Assembly (NCBI GenBank): GCA_964057225.1
Contig: OZ059895.1
Location: forward strand, 9,858,001-9,922,000
DNA: 64,000 bases
Direction: 5' to 3'
Source: Auanema rhodensis
Lineage: Eukaryota > Animalia > Nematoda
A program made the translations under genes and the position numbers. Under the pieces are notes generated by a model. That model saw only the letters and a program-made list of their open reading frames with translations. It had not been told where the DNA came from and did not search any database. Positions 1 to 11,400 of the stretch are shown here, piece after piece (the first letter of the stretch is position 1; each line of letters starts with the position of its first letter).

Positions 1-400
1 TCAATTTTTAAGCAGTTTTACTTAAATAGCTCAACCAAAGGAGAGCAAATTATCTTCAATCTTATTTCTATATTACAGTTATAAACCAGTAGTTGTTGAA
101 CCTTCATCTTAACTTTACTGTTTCTATCTATTTCCTATCAAAACAAACATTGTTTAAACACTATACAACTGTGAAACCTTTTTTAATTTATTGTATTTGG
201 AGCTCATAATATTTGATATCATCGAGGGATCCAGATGGAAGGTGGAAAATTACATAACTAACATGAAATTGGAAAAAAAAGTATAACAAGGAGAAGTATG
301 TTAACGATTGAATATCAGATATTTTCGCTTACGACCATACCACGATGAAAGTACGCCATACAGCTGATTTTCAATTTTATCTCTTCCGTAACATATGTTT
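1..400. repeat. Representative 400-bp monomer (phase arbitrary)
   Basis: Position 401 restarts TCAATTTT. Hand count gives 65 C + 54 G (~30% GC) and 7 CpG. Landmarks: GTTTAAAC 152-159, GAGCTC 200-205, GATATC 215-220, GGATCC 227-232, A8 tract 273-280, CAGCTG 361-366, CATATG 392-397. Confidence 0.97.
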
Positions 401-2889
401 TCAATTTTCAAGCACTTTTACTCAGATAGCTCAACCAAAGGAAAGCAAATTATCTTCAATTTTATTTTTATATTACAGTTATAAACCAAAAGATAATGAA
501 CCTTAATCTTGACTTTACTGTTTCTATCCATTTCCTATCGAAACAAACATTGTTTAAACACTATGCAATTATGAAACCTTTTTTAATTTATTGTATTTGG
601 AGCTCATAAGAATTGATATCATTGAGGGATCCAGATGAAACGTGGAAAATTACATAACTAACATGAAATTGGAAAAAAAAACTATAACGGGGATAAGTAT
701 GTTAACGATTGAATATCAGATATTTTCGCTTATCGCTATATCACGTTGAAAGTATGCCATACAGCTGATTTTTAATTTTATCTCTTCCGTAACATATGTT
801 TTCAATTTTCAAGCAGTTTCACTTAAATAGCTCAACCAAAGGAGAGCAAATTATCTTCAATCTTATTTCTATATTACAGTTATAAACCAGTAGTTGTTGA
901 ACCTTCATCTTAACTTTACTGTTTCTATCTATTTCCTATCGAAACAAACATTATTCAAACACTATGCAACTATGAAACCTTTTTTAATTTATTGTATTTG
1001 GAGCTCATAAAATTTGATATCATTGAGGGATCCAGATGAAACGTGGAAAATAACATAACTAACATGAAATTGGAAAAAAAACTATAACGAGGATAAGTAG
1101 GTAAACCATTGAATATCAGATATTTTCGCTTACGACCATACCACGTTACAAGTACGCCATACAGCTGATTTTCAATTTTATCTCTTCCGTAACAAATGTT
1201 TTCAATTTTCAAGCACTTTTACTTAGATAGCTCAACCAAAGGAGAGCAAATTATCTTCAATCTTATTTCTATATTACAGTTATAAACCAGTAGTTGTTGA
1301 ACCTTCATCTTAACTTTACTGTTTCTATCTATTTCCTATCGAAACAAACATTATTCAAACACTATGCAACTATGAAACCTTTTTTAATTTATTGTATTTG
1401 GAGCTCATAAAATTTGATATCATTGAGGGATCCAGATGAAACGTGGAAAATAACATAACTAACATGAAATTGGAAAAAAAAGTATAACGAGGATAAGTAG
1501 GTAAACCATTGAATATCAGATATTTTCGCTCACGACCATACCACGTTGAAAGTACGCCATACAGCTGATTTTCAATTTTATCTCTTCCGTAACATATGTT
1601 TTCAATTTTCAAGCAGTTTTACTTAAATAGCTCAACCAAAGGAGAGCAAATTATCTTCAATCTTATTTCTATATTACAGTTATAAACCAGTAGTTGTTGA
1701 ACCTTCATCTTAACTTTACTGTTTCTATCTATTTCTCATCAAAACAAACATTGTTTAAACACTATGCAACTATGAAACCTTTTTTAATTTATTGTATTTG
1801 GAGCTCATAAGAGTTGATATCATCGAGGGATCCAGATGGAAGGTGGAAAATTACATAACTAACATGAAATTGGAAAAAAAACTATAACGAGGATAAGTAG
1901 GTAAACCATTGAATATCAGATATTTTCGCTTACGACCATACCACGTTACAAGTACGCCATACAGCTGATTTTCAATTTTATCTCTTCCGTAACAAATGTT
2001 TTCAATTTTCAAGCACTTTTACTTAGATAGCTCAACCAAAGGAAAGCAAATTATCTTCAATTTTATTTCTATATTACAGTTATAAACCAGTAGATAATGA
2101 ACCTTCATCTTGACTTTACTGTTTCTATCCATTTCCTATCGAAACAAACATTGTTTAAACACTATACAACTGTGAAACCTTTTTTAATTTATTGTATTTG
2201 GAGCTCATAAAATTTGATATCATCGAGGGATCCAGATGGAAGGTGGAAAATTACATAACTAACATGAAATTGGAAAAATAACTATAACGGGGATAAGTAT
2301 GTTAACGATTGAATATCAGATATTTTCGCTTACGACCATACCACGTTGAAATTACGCCATACAGCTGATTTTCAATTTTATCTCTTCCGTAACATATGTT
2401 TTCAATTTTCAAGCAGTTTTACTTAAATAGCTCAACCGAAAGAGAGCAAATTATCTTCAATCTTATTTCTATATTACAGTTATAAACCAGTAGTTGTTGA
2501 ACCTTCATCTTAACTTTACTGTTTCTATCTATTTCCTATCAAAACAAACATTGTTTAAACACTATACAACTGTGAAACCTTTTTTAATTTATTGTATTTG
2601 GAGCTCATAATATTTGATATCATCGAGGGATCCAGATGGAAGGTGGAAAATTACATAACTAACATGAAATTGGAAAAAAAAGTATAACAAGGAGAAGTAT
2701 GTTAACGATTGAATATCAGGTATTTTCGCTTACGACCATACCACGATGAAAGTACGCCATACAGCTGATTTTCAATTTTATCTCTTCCGTAACATATGTT
2801 TTCAATTTTCAAGCAGTTTCACTTAAATAGCTCAACCGAAAGAGAGCAAATTATCTTCAATCTTATTTCTATATAACAGTTATAAACCA

Positions 2890-5800
2890 GTAGTTGTTGA
2901 ACCTTCATCTTAACTTTACTGTTTCTATCTATTTCTCATCAAAACATCATTGTTTAAACACTATACAACTGTGAAACCTTTTTTAATTTATTGTGTTTGG
3001 AGCTCATAAGATTTGATATCATTGAGGGATCCAGATGAAACGTGGAAAATTACATAACTAACATGAAATTGGAAAAAAAAATATAACGAGGATAAGTAGG
3101 TAAACCATTGAATATCAGATATTTTCGCTTACGACCATACCACGTTACAAGTACGCCATACAGCTGATTTTCAATTTTATCTCTTCCGTAACAAATGTTT
3201 TCAATTTTCAAGCACTTTTACTTAGATAGCTCAACCAAAGGAAAGCAAATTATCTTCAATTTTATTTCTATATTACAGTTATAAACCAGTAGATAATGAA
3301 CCTTCATCTTGACTTTACTGTTTCTATCCATTTCCTATCGAAACAAACATTGTTTAAACACTATACAACTGTGAAACCTTTTTTAATTTATTGTATTTGG
3401 AGCTCATAAAATTTGATATCATCGAGGGATCCAGATGGAAGGTGGAAAATTACATAACTAACGTGAAATTGGAAAAATAACTATAACGGGGATAAGTATG
3501 TTAACGATTGAATATCAGATATTTCCGCTTACGACCATACCACGTTGAAATTACGCCATACAGCTGATTTTCAATTTTATCTCTTCCGTAACATATGTTT
3601 TCAATTTTCAAGCAGTTTTACTTAAATAGCTCAACCGAAAGAGAGCAAATTATCTTCAATCTTATTTCTATATTACAGTTATAAACCAGTAGTTGTTGAA
3701 CCTTCATCTTAACTTTACTGTTTCTATCTATTTCCTATCAAAACAAACATTGTTTAAACACTATACAACTGTGAAACCTTTTTTAATTTATTGTATTTGG
3801 AGCTCATAATATTTGATATCATCGAGGGATCCAGATGGAAGGTGGAAAATTACATAACTAACATGAAATTGGAAAAAAAAGTATAACAAGGAGAAGTATG
3901 TTAACGATTGAATATCAGATATTTTCGCTTACGACCATACCACGATGAAAGTACGCCATACAGCTGATTTTCAATTTTATCTCTTCCGTAACATATGTTT
4001 TCAATTTTCAAGCAGTTTCACTTAAATAGCTCAACCAAAGGAGAGCAAATTATCTTCAATCTTATTTCTATATAACAGTTATAAACCAGTAGTTGTTGAA
4101 CCTTCATCTTAACTTTACTGTTTCTATCTCTTTCCTATCAAAACATCATTGTTTAAACACTATACAACTGTGAAACCTTTTTTAATTTATTGTGTTTGGA
4201 GCTCATAAGATTTGATATCATTGAGGGATCCAGATGAAACGTGGAAAATTACATAACTAACATGAAATTGGAAAAAAAACTATAACGAGGATAAGTAGGT
4301 AAACCATTGAATATCAGATATTTTCGCTTACGACCATACCACGTTACAAGTACGCCATACAGCTGATTTTCAATTTTATCTCTTCCGTAACAAATGTTTT
4401 CAATTTTCAAGCACTTTTACTTAGATAGCTCAACCAAAGGAAAGCAAATTATCTTCAATTTTATTTCTATATTACAGTTATAAACCAAAAGATAATGAAC
4501 CTTCATCTTGACTTTACTGTTTCTATCCATTTCCTATCGAAACAAACATTGTTTAAACACTATACAACTGTGAAACCTTTTTTAATTTATTGTATTTGGA
4601 GCTCATAATATTTGATATCATCGAGGGATCCAGATGGAAGGTGGAAAATTACATAACTAACATGAAATTGGAAAAATAACTATAACGGGGATAAGTATGT
4701 TAACGATTGAATATCAGATATTTTCGCTTACGACCATACCACGTTGAAATTACGCCATACAGCTGATTTTCAATTTTATCTCTTCCGTAACATATGTTTT
4801 CAATTTTCAAGCAGTTTTACTTAAATAGCTCAACCAAAGGAGAGCAAATTATCTTCAATCTTATTTCTATATTACAGTTATAAACCAGTAGTTGTTGAAC
4901 CTTCATCTTAACTTTACTGTTTCTATCTATTTCCTATCAAAACAAACATTGTTTAAACACTATACAACTGTGAAACCTTTTTTAATTTATTGTATTTGGA
5001 GCTCATAATATTTGATATCATCGAGGGATCCAGATGGAAGGTGGAAAATTACATAACTAACATGAAATTGGAAAAAAAAGTATAACAAGGAGAAGTATGT
5101 TAACGATTGAATATCAGATATTTTCGCTTACGACCATACCACGATGAAAGTACGCCATACAGCTGATTTTCAATTTTATCTCTTCCGTAACATATGTTTT
5201 CAATTTTCAAGCACTTTTACTCAGATAGCTCAACCAAAGGAAAGCAAATTATCTTCAATTTTATTTCTATATTACAGTTATAAACCAAAAGATAATGAAC
5301 CTTCATCTTGACTTTACTGTTTCTATCCATTTCCTATCGAAACAAACATTGTTTAAACACTATGCAACTATGAAACCTTTTTTAATTTTTTGTATTTGGA
5401 GCTCATAAAATTTGATATCATTGAGGGATCCAGATGAAACGTGGAAAATTACATAACTAACATGAAATTGGAAAAAAAACTATAACGAGGATAAGTATGT
5501 TAACGATTGAATATCAGATATTTTCGCTTACGACCATACCACGTTGAAATTACGCCATACAGCTGATTTTCAATTTTATCTCTTCCGTAACATATGTTTT
5601 CAATTTTCAAGCAGTTTTACTTAAATAGCTCAACCGAAAGAGAGCAAATTATCTTCAATCTTATTTCTATATTACAGTTATAAACCAGTAGTTGTTGAAC
5701 CTTCATCTTAACTTTACTGTTTCTATCTATTTCTCATCAAAACATCATTGTTTAAACACTATACAACTGTGAAACCTTTTTTAATTTATTGTGTTTGGAG

Positions 5801-8490
5801 CTCATAAGATTTGATATCATTGAGGGATCCAGATGAAACGTGGAAAATTACATAACTAACATGAAATTGGAAAAAAAAATATAACGAGGATAAGTATGTT
5901 AACCATTGAATATCAGATATTTTCGCTTACGACCATACCACGTTACAAGTACGCCATACAGCTGATTTTCAATTTTATCTCTTCCGTAACAAATGTTTTC
6001 AATTTTCAAGCACTTTTACTTAGATAGCTCAACCAAAGGAAAGCAAATTATCTTCAATTTTATTTCTATATTACAGTTATAAACCAGTAGATAATGAACC
6101 TTCATCTTGACTTTACTGTTTCTATCCATTTCCTATCGAAACAAACATTGTTTAAACACTATACAACTGTGAAACCTTTTTTAATTTATTGTATTTGGAG
6201 CTCATAAAATTTGATATCATCGAGGGATCCAGATGGAAGGTGGAAAATTACATAACTAACGTGAAATTGGAAAAATAACTATAACGGGGATAAGTATGTT
6301 AACGATTGAATATCAGATATTTCCGCTTACGACCATACCACGTTGAAATTACGCCATACAGCTGATTTTCAATTTTATCTCTTCCGTAACATATGTTTTC
6401 AATTTTCAAGCAGTTTTACTTAAATAGCTCAACCGAAAGAGAGCAAATTATCTTCAATCTTATTTCTATATTACAGTTATAAACCAGTAGTTGTTGAACC
6501 TTCATCTTAACTTTACTGTTTCTATCTATTTCCTATCAAAACAAACATTGTTTAAACACTATACAACTGTGAAACCTTTTTTAATTTATTGTATTTGGAG
6601 CTCATAATATTTGATATCATCGAGGGATCCAGATGGAAGGTGGAAAATTACATAACTAACATGAAATTGGAAAAAAAAGTATAACAAGGAGAAGTATGTT
6701 AACGATTGAATATCAGATATTTTCGCTTACGACCATACCACGATGAAAGTACGCCATACAGCTGATTTTCAATTTTATCTCTTCCGTAACATATGTTTTC
6801 AATTTTCAAGCAGTTTCACTTAAATAGCTCAACCAAAGGAGAGCAAATTATCTTCAATCTTATTTCTATATAACAGTTATAAACCAGTAGTTGTTGAACC
6901 TTCATCTTAACTTTACTGTTTCTATCTCTTTCCTATCAAAACATCATTGTTTAAACACTATACAACTGTGAAACCTTTTTTAATTTATTGTGTTTGGAGC
7001 TCATAAGATTTGATATCATTGAGGGATCCAGATGAAACGTGGAAAATTACATAACTAACATGAAATTGGAAAAAAAACTATAACGAGGATAAGTAGGTAA
7101 ACCATTGAATATCAGATATTTTCGCTTACGACCATACCACGTTACAAGTACGCCATACAGCTGATTTTCAATTTTATCTCTTCCGTAACAAATGTTTTCA
7201 ATTTTCAAGCACTTTTACTTAGATAGCTCAACCAAAGGAAAGCAAATTATCTTCAATTTTATTTCTATATTACAGTTATAAACCAAAAGATAATGAACCT
7301 TCATCTTGACTTTACTGTTTCTATCCATTTCCTATCGAAACAAACATTGTTTAAACACTATACAACTGTGAAACCTTTTTTAATTTATTGTATTTGGAGC
7401 TCATAATATTTGATATCATCGAGGGATCCAGATGGAAGGTGGAAAATTACATAACTAACATGAAATTGGAAAAATAACTATAACGGGGATAAGTATGTTA
7501 ACGATTGAATATCAGATATTTTCGCTTACGACCATACCACGTTGAAATTACGCCATACAGCTGATTTTCAATTTTATCTCTTCCGTAACATATGTTTTCA
7601 ATTTTCAAGCAGTTTTACTTAAATAGCTCAACCAAAGGAGAGCAAATTATCTTCAATCTTATTTCTATATTACAGTTATAAACCAGTAGTTGTTGAACCT
7701 TCATCTTAACTTTACTGTTTCTATCTATTTCCTATCAAAACAAACATTGTTTAAACACTATACAACTGTGAAACCTTTTTTAATTTATTGTATTTGGAGC
7801 TCATAATATTTGATATCATCGAGGGATCCAGATGGAAGGTGGAAAATTACATAACTAACATGAAATTGGAAAAAAAAGTATAACAAGGAGAAGTATGTTA
7901 ACGATTGAATATCAGATATTTTCGCTTACGACCATACCACGATGAAAGTACGCCATACAGCTGATTTTCAATTTTATCTCTTCCGTAACATATGTTTTCA
8001 ATTTTCAAGCACTTTTACTCAGATAGCTCAACCAAAGGAAAGCAAATTATCTTCAATTTTATTTCTATATTACAGTTATAAACCAAAAGATAATGAACCT
8101 TCATCTTGACTTTACTGTTTCTATCCATTTCCTATCGAAACAAACATTGTTTAAACACTATGCAACTATGAAACCTTTTTTAATTTTTTGTATTTGGAGC
8201 TCATAAAATTTGATATCATTGAGGGATCCAGATGAAACGTGGAAAATTACATAACTAACATGAAATTGGAAAAAAAACTATAACGAGGATAAGTATGTTA
8301 ACGATTGAATATCAGATATTTTCGCTTACGACCATACCACGTTGAAATTACGCCATACAGCTGATTTTCAATTTTATCTCTTCCGTAACATATGTTTTCA
8401 ATTTTCAAGCAGTTTTACTTAAATAGCTCAACCGAAAGAGAGCAAATTATCTTCAATCTTATTTCTATATTACAGTTATAAACCAGTAGT
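2890..8490. repeat. Tandem higher-order repeat, 7-mer (2798 bp) x2
   Basis: Markers repeat at +2798: TTCTCATCAAAACATCATT (~2933/5731), AAAATATAACGAG (~3080/5878), AACGTG (3463/6261), TTTCCGCTT (~3522/6320) and TAATTTTTTG (~5383/8181). Confidence 0.85.
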
Positions 8491-11400
8491 TGTTGAACCT
8501 TTATCTTAACTTTACTGTTTCTATCTATTTCCTATCAAAACAAACATTGTTTAAACACTATACAACTGTGAAACCTTTTTTAATTTTTTGTATTTGGAGC
8601 TCATAAAATTTGATATCATTGAGGGATCCAGATGAAACGTGGAAAATTACATAACTAACATGAAATTGGAAAAAAAACTATAACGAGGATAAGTATGTTA
8701 ACGATTAAATATCAGATATTTTCGTTTACGACCATACCACGTTGAAAGTACGCCATACAGCTGATTTTCAATTTTATCTTTTCCGTAACAAATGTTTTCA
8801 ATTTTCAAGCACTTTTACTTAGATAGCTCAACCAAAGGAAAGCAAATTATCTTCAATTTTATTTCTATATTACAGTTATAAACCAGTAGATAATGAACCT
8901 TCATCTTGACTTTACTGTTTCTATCTATTTCCTATCGAAACAAACATTGTTTAAACACTATACAACTGTGAAACCTTTTTTAATTTATTGTATTTGTAGC
9001 TCATAAAATTTGATATCATCGAGGGATCCAGATGGAAGGTGGAAAATTACATAACTAACATGAAATTGGAAAAATAACTATAACGGGGATAAGTATGTTA
9101 ACGATTGAATATCAGATATTTTCGCTTACGACCATACCAAGTTGAAATTACGCCGTACAGCTGATTTTCAATTTTATCTCTTCCGTAACATATGTTTTCA
9201 ATTTTTAAGCAGTTTTACTTAAATAGCTCAACCAAAGGAGAGCAAATTATCTTCAATCTTATTTCTATATTACAGTTATAAACCAGTAGTTGTTGAACCT
9301 TCATCTTAACTTTACTGTTTCTATCTATTTCCTATCAAAACAAACATTGTTTAAACACTATACAACTGTGAAACCTTTTTTAATTTATTGTATTTGGAGC
9401 TCATAATATTTGATATCATCGAGGGATCCAGATGGAAGGTGGAAAATTACATAACTAACATGAAATTGGAAAAAAAAGTATAACAAGGAGAAGTATGTTA
9501 ACGATTGAATATCAGATATTTTCGCTTACGACCATACCACGATGAAAGTACGCCATACAGCTGATTTTCAATTTTATCTCTTCCGTAACATATGTTTTCA
9601 ATTTTCAAGCACTTTTACTCAGATAGCTCAACCAAAGGAAAGCAAATTATCTTCAATTTTATTTCTATATTACAGTTATAAACCAAAAGATAATGAACCT
9701 TAATCTTGACTTTACTGTTTCTATCCATTTCCTATCGAAACAAACATTGTTTAAACACTATGCAACTATGAAACCTTTTTTAATTTATTGTATTTGGAGC
9801 TCATAAGAATTGATATCATTGAGGGATCCAGATGAAACGTGGAAAATTACATAACTAACATGAAATTGGAAAAAAAAACTATAACGGGGATAAGTATGTT
9901 AACGATTGAATATCAGATATTTTCGCTTATCGCTATATCACGTTGAAAGTATGCCATACAGCTGATTTTCAATTTTATCTCTTCCGTAACATATGTTTTC
10001 AATTTTCAAGCAGTTTCACTTAAATAGCTCAACCAAAGGAGAGCAAATTATCTTCAATCTTATTTCTATATTACAGTTATAAACCAGTAGTTGTTGAACC
10101 TTCATCTTAACTTTACTGTTTCTATCTATTTCCTATCGAAACAAACATTATTCAAACACTATGCAACTATGAAACCTTTTTTAATTTATTGTATTTGGAG
10201 CTCATAAAATTTGATATCATTGAGGGATCCAGATGAAACGTGGAAAATAACATAACTAACATGAAATTGGAAAAAAAACTATAACGAGGATAAGTAGGTA
10301 AACCATTGAATATCAGATATTTTCGCTTACGACCATACCACGTTACAAGTACGCCATACAGCTGATTTTCAATTTTATCTCTTCCGTAACAAATGTTTTC
10401 AATTTTCAAGCACTTTTACTTAGATAGCTCAACCAAAGGAGAGCAAATTATCTTCAATCTTATTTCTATATTACAGTTATAAACCAGTAGTTGTTGAACC
10501 TTCATCTTAACTTTACTGTTTCTATCTATTTCCTATCGAAACAAACATTATTCAAACACTATGCAACTATGAAACCTTTTTTAATTTATTGTATTTGGAG
10601 CTCATAAAATTTGATATCATTGAGGGATCCAGATGAAACGTGGAAAATAACATAACTAACATGAAATTGGAAAAAAAAGTATAACGAGGATAAGTAGGTA
10701 AACCATTGAATATCAGATATTTTCGCTCACGACCATACCACGTTGAAAGTACGCCATACAGCTGATTTTCAATTTTATCTCTTCCGTAACATATGTTTTC
10801 AATTTTCAAGCAGTTTTACTTAAATAGCTCAACCAAAGGAGAGCAAATTATCTTCAATCTTATTTCTATATTACAGTTATAAACCAGTAGTTGTTGAACC
10901 TTCATCTTAACTTTACTGTTTCTATCTATTTCTCATCAAAACAAACATTGTTTAAACACTATGCAACTATGAAACCTTTTTTAATTTATTGTATTTGGAG
11001 CTCATAAGAGTTGATATCATCGAGGGATCCAGATGGAAGGTGGAAAATTACATAACTAACATGAAATTGGAAAAAAAACTATAACGAGGATAAGTAGGTA
11101 AACCATTGAATATCAGATATTTTCGCTTACGACCATACCACGTTACAAGTACGCCATACAGCTGATTTTCAATTTTATCTCTTCCGTAACATATGTTTTC
11201 AATTTTCAAGCAGTTTTACTTAAATAGCTCAACCGAAAGAGAGCAAATTATCTTCAATCTTATTTCTATATTACAGTTATAAACCAGTAGTTGTTGAACC
11301 TTCATCTTAACTTTACTGTTTCTATCCATTTCCTATCGAAACAAACATTGTTTAAACACTATACAACTGTGAAACCTTTTTTAATCTATTGTATTTGGAG

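Noticed and set aside
200-232. Cloning polylinker or synthetic concatemer (SacI, EcoRV and BamHI sites within 33 bp)
   Set aside because: Monomers show structured natural variation, nested HORs and occasional loss of these sites, and there is no vector sequence.
323-339. CENP-B box at TTTCGCTTACGACCATA
   Set aside because: Only the TTCG part matches NTTCGNNNNANNCGGGN. The conserved A and CGGG are absent.
1-400. Tandem RNA-gene array (5S rRNA, tRNA, snRNA or spliced leader)
   Set aside because: I see no 5S or tRNA signature (no GGTTCGA-type B box, no GC-rich structured core) and no recognisable snRNA or SL sequence, at about 30% GC throughout. An Infernal/Rfam scan would be the formal test.
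1-400. Monomer as a diverged dimer of ~200-bp halves
   Set aside because: By eye the halves do not align. The only shared word I noted is AGCTCA (28-33 and 201-206, 173 bp apart), which is insufficient.
673-681. A8/A9 homopolymer length changes as sequencing noise
   Set aside because: The A9 variants recur in register in duplicated blocks (673/9870 and ~44517/53269), so they look like real inherited variants. They are too minor to be a separate finding.
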